From: Candidatus Methylomirabilis limnetica
GTDB taxonomy: Bacteria; Methylomirabilota; Methylomirabilia; Methylomirabilales; Methylomirabilaceae
DNA length: 19,578 nucleotides
Direction: 5' to 3'
Assembly (NCBI RefSeq): GCF_003044035.1
Contig: NZ_NVQC01000039.1
Location: forward strand, 1 to 19,578
Shown: piece after piece, positions 6,334-14,678 of the stretch
How positions within the stretch are numbered: position 1 is the stretch's first letter
Layout: each line of letters opens with the position of its first letter
The notes under the pieces: model-generated
Seen by the model: the letters and a program-made list of their open reading frames with translations, nothing else
Told to the model about the DNA's origin: nothing
Database searches by the model: none
Translations under genes and position numbers: made by a program

Positions 6334-9300
6334 GTGACTGAGCGCGGACAGACAATGACCCACGATTCCCTCATCGCTAGCCTCATCGACATCTGCCGAG
6401 AGCACAAGACGGCTGAGAAGTGGCTCGTCCTGCCCTCTCTGGCACTTGGTCACACGATTTCTGATCGACTCGCGCTCTCAGGCCATGCATGGGTGAACCT
6501 CCGTCCGGGCACACCTGTGCAGATCGCACAAGCCATCGCGGCGCCGATCCTGGCCTCCCGCCACATCATGCCGCTCAATGACGTCGTCGGTCCTGCGCTC
6601 ATCGTGAGACTCTTAGCCGAGACCCCTTTAACCGGCCGCGACTATTTTCGCGGATTGGTCGAGAGCCCGGGGCTGTCCGAGGCCCTATGGTCGGGGATAA
6701 CCGAGCTTCGTCTTGCCGGGCTCACATCTGAAGGGTTGTCTGACGAGATCTTCGTCTCTCCTCTCAAGGCACGCGAACTTCGGCACCTCCTGGCGGCGTA
6801 CGAGCAGTACCTGCACGAGGGGAAGTTGGCTGATTCCGCACTGATGCTCCAGGTCGCGATCGACCAGATGCCTACCCACCGCGCAGACCGACCCCGGCTG
6901 CTGCTCGTCCCCACCGATGTCGCCTGGCGGCCTCTTGAGCAGGCCCTGATCTCGGCGCTCCCAGGGATACCGGTGAATCTGCGGCATTCGGTCCCCGGTG
7001 GGCTTCCCGTTCCGCGTCGTCTCATCGAGGCTTCAGCGGGCGCATCTGGCCCTTCATCATCACCCGTGACCGCTCTCACCGATAGCCAGCGGCTTCCGTG
7101 GCTCTTCTCGCCAGAGCAGGCCCCACCTCCTGCGAACGACAGAACGCTCGAGTGGTTTCACGCCGCGGGCCACGAGGCCGAAGTCCATGAGGTCTTCAGA
7201 CGCGCACTCGCGTCAGGCGCCCCGTGGGACGCGATCGAGATCGCCTGCACCACCGATGAGCCATACGTCACGCTGATCCGGGAGATCTGTGCCCGCTTGG
7301 ACGTGCCGGTGACACTTGCCTCAGGCGTTCCTGTGACCATGACCCGCCCGGGGCGCGCCCTCCTCGGATTCTGTCGCTGGATAGAGCAGGACTTCTCTGG
7401 CGGTGGACTCTGCCGGATGCTTCAGTCCGGCGACATTCACCTCGATCTTCCAGATGGCCCACGTCCCGGCCAGGCGGCACGCCTGCTTGCGCGATGCGAT
7501 ATTGCCTGGGGCCGTGGGACGTACGCCCGCAGCCTGCAGGGGCTCATCCAGACGCTTAAGACAGAGGCGACGCACGCGGCCGCCGAGGGCGAGACTGAAG
7601 ATCTGCCCTGGCGCGAAGAGCGAGTCGCTCACGCAGCGGCCCTGGCGAGCTGGGTTGACACGGTTCTGGAGCGTGTGCCACCCGTTGATCCCGATCACCT
7701 CGTCGATGAAGCCGCCCTTATCCGGGCCTGCGTACAATGGGTGGATCGGTACGCGGCTGTGACCGGACCTCTGGACGGCGCGGCGCGCCAGGCACTGATC
7801 GAGACACTGACAGCCCTGGGTGATCTGCCGCCGATCAGGCAGCGGTTGACGGTGGCCTTGGGACAGGTGATCGCTGCTGTCGAACGCACTCGGGTCGACG
7901 CCCTGCGACCGCAGCCTGGGTCTCTGCATGTTACGCGGCTCGCGGATGCCGGGTGGGCTGGACGCCCGCGAACATTCGTTGTAGGCCTCGAACAAGGCGC
8001 ATTCCCTGCTCCTTCAATGCCCGATCCTATCCTCCTGGATGAGGAACGGACCCGCCTGCACGCGGCTCTCGCCACCACAGGCGACCGAATCACGGAGAGT
8101 CTTTACACAGGCGCAAGCCGCCTTGCGGCCCTCGGCGGGCAGGTCACCCTGAGTTATCCGAACCGCGATCTTCGGGATGATCGGCTTCTCTTTCCTTCTT
8201 CCGTCATCCTGCAGGCGTACAGGCTGACGCGGATGGACAGATCGCTGACCTACGAGGATCTGGCCGCCGAGCTTGGCGAGCCCGCGACGCGCCTACCCGC
8301 GACTCAGGCAAAGGCGCTGGACGATTCTGGATGGTGGCTGCGCGGCGCGAGGCAGGCGGGAACGGCTGCGCGACCCGCCGCACAAGCGGCGTTTTCGTTA
8401 CTCAGCTCTGGTGAGGCTGCCGAAGAGGCGCGCGACGGCAACAGCTTCACGGCGTGGGATGGATTGGTCCCATCCGCTGCGGGAGATCTGGACCCTCGCC
8501 GGAATGACCGGCCGATCTCGGCGACGGCGATTGAGCAGCTTGCGAAGTGCCCCTTTCAGTACTTCCTCACACGAGGACTTCGCCTGAAGCCATCGACCAG
8601 GATCGAGAGGGATCCAGGGGCATGGTTGGACCCCCTCACGAGGGGGAGCCTCTTACATGAACTTTTTGCCGCCTTCCTCCGAGACTGTCGGGATCGCGGC
8701 GTCATGCCGAATCTTGCGCGTGATCGCGCCAGGATCCATCAGATAGGGAATCGCGACATCGCCGCCATACGCGAGCAACTCCCGCCTCCGAATGAAGCGG
8801 TCTTCCAACACGAGCGCGAGGCGCTCCTTACCGATCTCGATCGCTTCCTTGCGTTCACCGCAGGACTCCAGGACCGCGAGGTAGTGGGGATCGAGGTGGC
8901 ATTTGGGCGCGGGGTGACTGAGGACCCGGACCCGCTGGCCCAAGAGGAACCGATCGTCCTGGACTTGGGACAGGATCTGCGATTCTCCCTGCACGGTCGC
9001 ATCGACCGGATCGACCGCATCTCTGCCCACCGATACGAGATCGTGGACTATAAAACCGGAAGGCCTTGGGCGCGAGACAGGCGTATTGCTCACTTGGCGC
9101 ACGGCGGCCAGGTCCAGCATGCCCTGTATGCCTTGGCGGCGGAGACACTACTCAGGAAGAGTGACAGGTCTGCCCAGGTCGTAGATGCGGCGTACTGGTT
9201 TCCGACCGAACGCGGCGAATGCGACGTGGTATCCCGGAAGCCGGAGGAATGGCAGGCGCTCACCGGACTCCTCAGAGGCCTGCTGTCGCTTCTGAGGGAT

Positions 9301-9453
9301 GGGGTCTTCCCGCACACCACCACCGCGCGCGAGTGCGACTGGTGTGATGTGGCGTCTGCCTGCGGTCCAAAGCCATGGGATCGCAAGACGATGAAGCACG
9401 ACGATCATCGCCTTGACGCTGTCCGAGCTATAAAGGGGGAGGAGTATGCCTAG
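6334..9453 (+). CDS. addB: AddB-like subunit: PD-(D/E)XK nuclease with Fe-S cysteines and a degenerate helicase-like N-terminal region
   Basis: 1039 aa. The C-terminal region has AKCPFQYFL, GSLLHELF, HGRIDRIDR...YEIVDYKTG (D...D/ExK), QHALYALA (QxxxY) and CDWCDVASAC (CxxCx5C). Together with the first Cys this gives the four-Cys AddB-type cluster pattern. No GxxGxGK[ST] was seen in the N-terminus (LVLPSLALGHT instead). The start is ambiguous between GTG 6334 and ATG 6355. The gene precedes the AddA-like gene and overlaps it by 8 nt. Confidence 0.85.
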   Translation: MTERGQTMTHDSLIASLIDICREHKTAEKWLVLPSLALGHTISDRLALSGHAWVNLRPGTPVQIAQAIAAPILASRHIMPLNDVVGPALIVRLLAETPLTGRDYFRGLVESPGLSEALWSGITELRLAGLTSEGLSDEIFVSPLKARELRHLLAAYEQYLHEGKLADSALMLQVAIDQMPTHRADRPRLLLVPTDVAWRPLEQALISALPGIPVNLRHSVPGGLPVPRRLIEASAGASGPSSSPVTALTDSQRLPWLFSPEQAPPPANDRTLEWFHAAGHEAEVHEVFRRALASGAPWDAIEIACTTDEPYVTLIREICARLDVPVTLASGVPVTMTRPGRALLGFCRWIEQDFSGGGLCRMLQSGDIHLDLPDGPRPGQAARLLARCDIAWGRGTYARSLQGLIQTLKTEATHAAAEGETEDLPWREERVAHAAALASWVDTVLERVPPVDPDHLVDEAALIRACVQWVDRYAAVTGPLDGAARQALIETLTALGDLPPIRQRLTVALGQVIAAVERTRVDALRPQPGSLHVTRLADAGWAGRPRTFVVGLEQGAFPAPSMPDPILLDEERTRLHAALATTGDRITESLYTGASRLAALGGQVTLSYPNRDLRDDRLLFPSSVILQAYRLTRMDRSLTYEDLAAELGEPATRLPATQAKALDDSGWWLRGARQAGTAARPAAQAAFSLLSSGEAAEEARDGNSFTAWDGLVPSAAGDLDPRRNDRPISATAIEQLAKCPFQYFLTRGLRLKPSTRIERDPGAWLDPLTRGSLLHELFAAFLRDCRDRGVMPNLARDRARIHQIGNRDIAAIREQLPPPNEAVFQHEREALLTDLDRFLAFTAGLQDREVVGIEVAFGRGVTEDPDPLAQEEPIVLDLGQDLRFSLHGRIDRIDRISAHRYEIVDYKTGRPWARDRRIAHLAHGGQVQHALYALAAETLLRKSDRSAQVVDAAYWFPTERGECDVVSRKPEEWQALTGLLRGLLSLLRDGVFPHTTTARECDWCDVASACGPKPWDRKTMKHDDHRLDAVRAIKGEEYA

Positions 9454-12400
9454 ACGCCACCCTGCCCCTGACGCCGCCGCTCGTGACGCCATTGTGACGC
9501 GGCTCGACGTGTCGATGCTTGTCGAGGCGGGCGCCGGGTCCGGCAAGACGACGAGCATGGCGAGACGCATGGTCGCCATGATTGCGAGCGGGAAGTGCAG
9601 CGTGAACCAGATGGCTGCGATCACCTTTACGCGAAAGGCTGCTGCCGAGCTGCGCGGACGGTTCCAGGTGGAACTGGAAGAGTCCCTTCGCACCCCGACT
9701 GATCAGTCTATCGCCGACCGCCTCTCCGTGGCCCTCGACCACCTGGAGCAACTGTTTGCGGGTACGGTCCACGCCTTCTGCGGCCGCCTCCTGCGAGAGC
9801 GCCCCGTCGAGGCGCACGTTGCCACGGCCTTCGAGGAGATCGACGACGACCAGGACGCCATCATCCGCCATCAGGCCTGGCATGATCATATCACCCGACT
9901 TTATTCAGAGGACGACCCGAGACTCGAAAAGCTCCGTGAAGCGGATGTGGCGCCGGACGACCTTGAGGAGGCGTTCGCAAAAGTGTGTGTGTACCCGGAG
10001 GTCAGTTTCCCCTTTACTGATGGACATCCACCCGATCCGCGCCCAGCCGGTACCGCACTGAAAAAGCTCCTCACGTCGTGTACGCGATACCTGCCCGACT
10101 CGATTCCTGAGGAGACGAGATGTCCGCTTCAGCACATCATCCTTAAACTTACGCGTGGGCTGAATGTATCGGACCTGAGCAACCCTGCAAAGGTGGCCAG
10201 GCTTCTTAAACCATGCAAGTCGTGTGAGAAGCCGACATATAAGTGGTGGGAACCGAAAACGAAAGACGACGCAAAGGCAGCACATGCCGTCTATGAAAGC
10301 TTCAGGACCGAAACAGCGGAGCCCTATCTCACCCTGTGGCGGACCTACCTGTACGGTGTTGCGCTGGACGTATTGCTTCCTGCTCGTGAGGTAGCCGCTC
10401 AGGCCAGACTCCGACAGGGGAAGCTCAACTACCAGGATCTGCTGCTCAAGGCACGAGACATGCTACGCGACCCTACCAATACCGAGGTGCGCCGTTACTT
10501 CAAGACGCGCTTTCCCTATCTTTTCGTGGATGAGTTCCAGGATACCGACCCGATCCAGGCCGAGGTGATGCTCCTGTTGGCCAGTGACAGCGACACAGAG
10601 ACGGACTGGCGATGTATGCGGCCGCGGCCTGGGGCACTCTTCGTCGTCGGTGACCCGAAGCAGTCGATCTACCGGTTCCGTCGCGCCGACATTGAGACCT
10701 ACGCCCATGTCCGCCAACTCATCGAGCATGGTGATGGCCAGATCGTCGAGCTGACGAAGAACTTCCGCTCGGCCGGCCGTGTGTGCGACTGGGTCAACGA
10801 GACCTCCAAGGCCACGTTCCGGGAGACTGCCACCCCCTGGCAGCCCGCGTTTTCAGGTCTTGACCCGGCCCGATCACCCGGCGATCCCACGCTCACAGGG
10901 ATTCGCGCCATGACGGTGCCAGACGATACGGATTATAAGAATGTGCCGGCGTTGGAGGCAGCGACCATCGCACGCTACATCGCGGACGCTGTGGGAAACG
11001 GAAGGACCATCGAGGGGTATTCGGCCCGTCTCACAGGGTCGCGACCGGCCCGATACGGTGATTTCCTGATTCTGACAAGAATCAAACGGAATATAGCCGT
11101 CTATGCGAGCGCGCTTGAGGCGATGGGGATCCCCTGCGAGGTGGGGGGCGGCGGGGCGTTTCAGCGGACCGGCGCAATGCGGATGCTCATGGAGCTGTTG
11201 AAGGCGCTGGCCAATCCCGACGACGAGGTGGCCGTCGTCGCGGTACTGCGCGGCCCGCTCTTTGGTATCACCGACGACGATCTCTATCGACACCGATCGG
11301 GCGGCTGCCAGTTCCGCTATCTCATTCCGGAGTTGGACGCCGTCCAAGGTCCGGTCGGGACGGGCCTTCGGCTGCTTGCGTCGGCCTATCGGCTGACCAG
11401 GGAGCTACCCGCCGCTTCCGCCGTCGAGCAGATCCTGGAGATGACCGGGCTGTTGGTGTGGGCAGCCACCGGCGAGGATGCGGATACGGCAGCAGGCAAC
11501 CTGTACCGCGCCACAGACAGGATTCGACTGTGTGCCCAGTCCGGGGGCGCATTTGCTGACTGTGTCGAGAGCCTGACCGCAGATCTTGACTCAGGCAATC
11601 TTGAAGCACTGGGGCTGGAGCCGGGGCGCAGAGATGTTGTGCGGCTGATGAACCTCCATAAGGCGAAGGGGCTCGAGGCCCCAGTCGTCTTCCTGGCCGA
11701 CCCCTGCAGCGGCAGTCCAGAGCGTGTGGACATTCGCATCACCAGGGAAACCAGCGGCCCACAGGGCTACCTGTCCATTGAGAAGCGGGTGGGTGATTAC
11801 GGCAGGGAGGTGATAGCGCAGCCCAGCAACTGGAAGGGCCATGCAGACCAAGAATTAGAATACCTCAAGGCCGAGGAGGGACGTCTGCGCTATGTTGCTG
11901 CTACCAGGGCAAAGAACCTCCTGGTCATAGGCCGGTATCGTGGCAAGAGCCTGGCCAAGGCCCCATCACCCTGGAAACTCTTTGACGAGTTCCTTCGCGA
12001 TGTTCCCGCGCTAGAGTTCCAGGATCCGGCCCTGCCTCAGACGCCTCCACCTCCCGATCTCTCGCCCGCAGCCCGATCCGCCGCCCAGATAGATCGACAG
12101 GCGAGATTTACGGCGGCGGCCGTGCCATCCTACGCCGTCCAGGCCGTCACCGAACTTTCGGAGCCGGCGCAGGCCATAGCGGGTCTAGCGGCACCTGGTA
12201 AGCCGCCGGCCCCTGAAAGCCCGCGAACCGGCAACGCCTCACCCAAAGGTCCCGCCTGGGGAACACTGATCCACAAAATGCTTGAGTACGCGATGCGAGA
12301 GGAGGGCGAGATGACCGACACCGCATTAACCGGCCTTGCCAGCTTCCTGACAGCCGACGATCCTTCGCTGAGAGGCCATCTTGCCGACGCAGCAGCAGCC

Positions 12401-12772
12401 GTCCGTTCCGTCATGGCCTCAGAGGTTTGGCAACGCGCGCGGTCTTCTTCGGAATGCCACACCGAGGTCCCGTTTACGATCGAGGTTCCCACCAACGAGC
12501 TGCCCGGACAACCGCCGGATGCGCCGCCGCGGACTCTGCTGCACGGCGTGATCGATCTTGTCTATCGCGTCGAAGGCGGGTGGGAAATCATAGACTACAA
12601 GACCGACAAGGACACGGAGGGCTTGCGTAAACTGCCCGCTGAGCATAGAGTCCAACTCGGGCTGTACAGTCGCTACTGGACTGCCATAACAGGCGAGGCG
12701 GTCGCGCGAGCAGGCCTTGCGCTTGTGCGTGCCAATAAAACGGTATGGCTCTCTTATTACCGGGAGCATTAA
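9446..12772 (+). CDS. addA: AddA-like subunit: UvrD/Rep SF1 helicase fused to a C-terminal PD-(D/E)XK nuclease
   Basis: 1108 aa. Motifs seen are EAGAGSGKTT (Walker A), AITFTRKAAAEL, TVHAFCGRLL, LFVDEFQDTDPIQ (motif II), VVGDPKQSIYRFRRAD (III), LTKNFRS (IV), NLHKAKGLEAPVVFL (V) and YVAATRAKNLLVI (VI). The C-terminal nuclease has WGTLIHKMLE, GVIDLVYR...WEIIDYKTDK and QLGLYSRYW. A GGGGGAGGAG SD lies immediately upstream of the ATG. Confidence 0.9.
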   Translation: MPRRHPAPDAAARDAIVTRLDVSMLVEAGAGSGKTTSMARRMVAMIASGKCSVNQMAAITFTRKAAAELRGRFQVELEESLRTPTDQSIADRLSVALDHLEQLFAGTVHAFCGRLLRERPVEAHVATAFEEIDDDQDAIIRHQAWHDHITRLYSEDDPRLEKLREADVAPDDLEEAFAKVCVYPEVSFPFTDGHPPDPRPAGTALKKLLTSCTRYLPDSIPEETRCPLQHIILKLTRGLNVSDLSNPAKVARLLKPCKSCEKPTYKWWEPKTKDDAKAAHAVYESFRTETAEPYLTLWRTYLYGVALDVLLPAREVAAQARLRQGKLNYQDLLLKARDMLRDPTNTEVRRYFKTRFPYLFVDEFQDTDPIQAEVMLLLASDSDTETDWRCMRPRPGALFVVGDPKQSIYRFRRADIETYAHVRQLIEHGDGQIVELTKNFRSAGRVCDWVNETSKATFRETATPWQPAFSGLDPARSPGDPTLTGIRAMTVPDDTDYKNVPALEAATIARYIADAVGNGRTIEGYSARLTGSRPARYGDFLILTRIKRNIAVYASALEAMGIPCEVGGGGAFQRTGAMRMLMELLKALANPDDEVAVVAVLRGPLFGITDDDLYRHRSGGCQFRYLIPELDAVQGPVGTGLRLLASAYRLTRELPAASAVEQILEMTGLLVWAATGEDADTAAGNLYRATDRIRLCAQSGGAFADCVESLTADLDSGNLEALGLEPGRRDVVRLMNLHKAKGLEAPVVFLADPCSGSPERVDIRITRETSGPQGYLSIEKRVGDYGREVIAQPSNWKGHADQELEYLKAEEGRLRYVAATRAKNLLVIGRYRGKSLAKAPSPWKLFDEFLRDVPALEFQDPALPQTPPPPDLSPAARSAAQIDRQARFTAAAVPSYAVQAVTELSEPAQAIAGLAAPGKPPAPESPRTGNASPKGPAWGTLIHKMLEYAMREEGEMTDTALTGLASFLTADDPSLRGHLADAAAAVRSVMASEVWQRARSSSECHTEVPFTIEVPTNELPGQPPDAPPRTLLHGVIDLVYRVEGGWEIIDYKTDKDTEGLRKLPAEHRVQLGLYSRYWTAITGEAVARAGLALVRANKTVWLSYYREH

Positions 12773-12805
12773 CTAGATTGCACTCTCGCACAACATCTCC
12801 AGCAA

Positions 12806-12830
12806 CTTCCCCCTTTGCTAAAGGGGGAGG
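12806..12830 (+). terminator. Strong GC hairpin 34 nt after the addA-like stop; terminator-like but without a U-tract
   Basis: CTTCCCCCTTT-GCT-AAAGGGGGAGG forms an 11-bp stem (one G-U) with a 3-nt loop. The following sequence CACGCTATTG is not T-rich, so intrinsic-terminator status is uncertain. Confidence 0.35.
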
Positions 12831-12912
12831 CACGCTATTGTGTGCTCTGAGTAATAACTTCAGATTCTATTCCTAAGTCTTTCCCGGTTCGAATGGGTGT
12901 GGAGCGAATGCG

Positions 12913-13371
12913 ATGAGCGAGCCTTCTTTTTTACCTTTCCCTACAGACCTTATCCCGGCGGAGGAGGGGTCCGGCAACCTTGATCCGCTCGGCACGCTCA
13001 CCCATGCCGAGTACCTTGCCGAGGCCCTGTTGCCGGGCTTGACGGTTCGGACGTGGCGCGGCGAAGCCGTGTCCGAGTTGATGCCCTGGTTATCAGCCGA
13101 TGCAGGCAAATCTAAACAAATGGTTACTGTCCCTATTTTACACGTTTTCTGCGGTAACCGCAGCTCGTCCAATGACGAAACGGCTATGGAACCCCTTCCG
13201 CGTTCTTGCATCCTGGCGTCCTTTTCCCAGACGCGTATGCAGTACCTGGATCAGGAGGGGGCGGTCGTTTCTACATCCAAGGACGGCGCGACAACCAAGA
13301 GCTTCCCGGCGCTGGAATGGCTGGCCGCGATGTGTTCACATGGTAGGCGTTTCAAGTTGGATATTCCGTGA
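12913..13371 (+). pseudogene. Composite ORF made of gene scars; the C-terminal third resembles an internal fragment of an IS91-family (Y2, rolling-circle) transposase
   Basis: ...LDQEGAVVSTSKDGATTKSFPALEWLAAMCSH then breaks off. As I recall it, IS91-type transposases carry ...Y.SK....K.F.A.EFIAA..QHIP.K..Q.VRYYG.YSN at this point, and the HIP...VRYYG continuation is missing here. The N-terminal ~60 aa (NLDPLGTLTHAEYLAEALLPGLTVRTWR) look like the start of an unrelated protein. An AT-rich low-complexity patch (13100-13140) separates the two parts. Confidence 0.4.
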
Positions 13372-13490
13372 ATTGCCTATTAGTAATTGCTATTTGTAAT
13401 GAAACCTTATAGTTTATGGCAAGTTATTGTTTCGTCTTGACCGTGTATAAGAATCTGTGCTGTATTTATCTGTCCATCTAATAACTGGTT

Positions 13491-13641
13491 GCCGCTCCGC
13501 TGCGGCGGAGCGGTAACGCCGCGCGGATCAAGGATCCGCTGGCTGGCCTCCGCGTCGCTACGGTCAACCAGCGGATCGAGCGGACTGCAGCTCTGCCGAG
13601 CACGCTCGACTCCGCTTCCGCCACTCATCCGCGCGGCGTTA
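13491..13641 (+). ncRNA. GC-rich multi-stem element (candidate structured leader, ncRNA or palindromic repeat) immediately upstream of the DUF262 gene
   Basis: Hand-verified perfect pairings are: 13492-13500/13505-13513 (CCGCTCCGC-TGCG-GCGGAGCGG, 9 bp); 13514-13528/13627-13641 (TAACGCCGCGCGGAT/ATCCGCGCGGCGTTA, 15 bp closing stem); and 13533-13542/13568-13577 (GATCCGCTGG/CCAGCGGATC, 10 bp). Shorter AGCGGA/TCCGCT and CGAGC/GCTCG pairings also occur. The element lies in an AT-rich spacer (13372-13480) and ends 32 nt before the ATG at 13674. Strand and RNA status are not established. Confidence 0.4.
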
Positions 13642-13673
13642 GGAAGCCGACTTCTACTCCAAAGGGTATTGCC

Positions 13674-14522
13674 ATGACGCCGCTTCGATATGAATACGGT
13701 CACATGACTATCCAGCAGCTTGTCAACCACTTCGAGAAGGGCCAGCTCAATCTGGAGCCGGGTTTCCAGCGTAACTCCGTCTGGTCGCTCAGTGACCGCG
13801 CCGCCTTAATGGAGTCCATTTTCCTCAACTACCCGATGCCGTCAGTGTTTCTTTACAAGCGGCAGGATGTCGATGGCGACCTCGTCTACGATGTAATCGA
13901 TGGGAAGCAGCGGCTGGAATCCATTTTCATGTTCATGGGACTGGGGCACTTCCGCCGTGAGCGGTTCTCTGCCTGGACCAAGCTGTCGCCGAAGGACGAA
14001 GAGGCCGATTGGTATGACTGGGCGAAGGTCCGTCGCAAGGACGGCGAGTATGCCTTCTCATCGTACCGAATTCAGACTGTGGAAGTTTCCGGAGAACTCT
14101 CGGACATCATCGACGTGTTCGTTCGCATCAACTCTACCGGCAAAAAGCTGACTTCGGCAGAAAAGCGGCATGCCAAATACTACAACAGCCAATTCCTGAA
14201 GGTTGCGGGCAAGCTTGCCGACCGCTTCGGGACCTACTACCGGAAACACCGCATCCTGTCGCGGGGTGCTATCAGTCGGATGAAGCACGTCGAGTTGACC
14301 TGCGAGCTGATTGCCTCAATTGCAAGAGGCGGCCCACTGAACAAGAAGAAGGCCCTGGACGAAGTGATCGGCGGCCAAGCCATCGAAGGCGCGAAGCTCA
14401 AGAAGTGCGCCAAGGAGTTCATTCGCATCGCCAACCTGGTTGGAAAAATGTTCCCACGGTTGCGCGAGGCGCGCTTCGCCAATGCCGTGGACTACTACAG
14501 TCTGTTCTTGCTTGTCTGGTAG
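13674..14522 (+). CDS. DUF262 (ParB/GmrS-like) domain protein, terminated by an in-frame TAG
   Basis: 282 aa. LNLEPGFQRNSVWS...IFLNYPMPSVFLY...VYDVIDGKQRLESIF (the DGQQR-type motif) and VFVRINSTGKKLTSAEKRHAKY are DUF262 hallmarks. The ORF ends at TAG 14520-14522 in the middle of what reads as a continuous protein. Confidence 0.85.
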   Translation: MTPLRYEYGHMTIQQLVNHFEKGQLNLEPGFQRNSVWSLSDRAALMESIFLNYPMPSVFLYKRQDVDGDLVYDVIDGKQRLESIFMFMGLGHFRRERFSAWTKLSPKDEEADWYDWAKVRRKDGEYAFSSYRIQTVEVSGELSDIIDVFVRINSTGKKLTSAEKRHAKYYNSQFLKVAGKLADRFGTYYRKHRILSRGAISRMKHVELTCELIASIARGGPLNKKKALDEVIGGQAIEGAKLKKCAKEFIRIANLVGKMFPRLREARFANAVDYYSLFLLVW

Positions 14523-14678
14523 CTGGATGGGAAAGGCTGCGTCCTGAAAAACGCTACTCGAAACCGACAAGCCGAGAAACTGCTGCTATGGCTGTCGCTC
14601 GGGGTAGATCAGGTTCGGCAGCAGCAGCGCAAGACCATCGGTGCAAGCCCGAACCAGCGGATATTTGCTGATTATCTC

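Noticed and set aside
12041-12048. ACGCCTCC, identical to 8 nt of the selC 3' end (3798-3805), as a possible attR
   Set aside because: The match is only 8 nt, lies inside the addA-like coding sequence, and is expected by chance in GC-rich DNA.
6642-12769. Numerous 60-225-aa ORFs in alternative frames and strands inside the addB-like and addA-like genes (for example 7321-7995, 9148-9693, 10874-11347)
   Set aside because: All are nested in long ORFs with strong motif support and have Arg/Pro/Ser-rich compositions typical of off-frame GC-rich sequence.
12880-12910. GGTTCGAAT T-loop-like motif, as a possible tRNA fragment or att repeat marking an island end
   Set aside because: The flanking bases do not form a T stem or acceptor stem, and there is no extended identity to the selC 3' end.
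12873-13211. 112-aa minus-strand ORF opposite the scar ORF
   Set aside because: It has no SD and no recognisable motif. It overlaps the region interpreted as degraded remnants, so there is no basis for calling it a gene.
13514-13641. Integron attC (59-be) site, because the element begins ...TAAC and ends GTTAGGA (compare RYYYAAC ... GTTRRRY)
   Set aside because: The R''/R' boxes pair only through TAAC/GTTA. The 15-bp helix is perfectly symmetric and lacks the spacer asymmetry and extrahelical bases characteristic of attC. No second similar site and no intI gene occur in the window.
13491-13641. Retron msr-msd ncRNA (flanking inverted repeats plus internal hairpins next to defence genes)
   Set aside because: No reverse transcriptase gene is present in the window, and the downstream genes are DUF262/HNH and a P-loop NTPase. 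The resemblance is limited to having terminal inverted repeats.
14520-14522. Programmed recoding of the in-frame TAG (pyrrolysine or another reassignment), prompted by the presence of a tRNA-Sec gene
   Set aside because: Sec is decoded at UGA, not UAG. TAG terminates several well-supported genes in this same window (HIT gene, addB-like, ATPase, RHH), and no pyl genes or PYLIS-like context is visible. Low-level natural read-through cannot be excluded.
14405-14671. 88-aa ORF bridging the DUF262 stop and the HNH start in another frame, as a possible frameshift link
   Set aside because: The DUF262 and HNH ORFs are already in the same frame and joined by open codons, so no frameshift is needed. 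The +1-frame product is Arg/Ala-rich and not protein-like.
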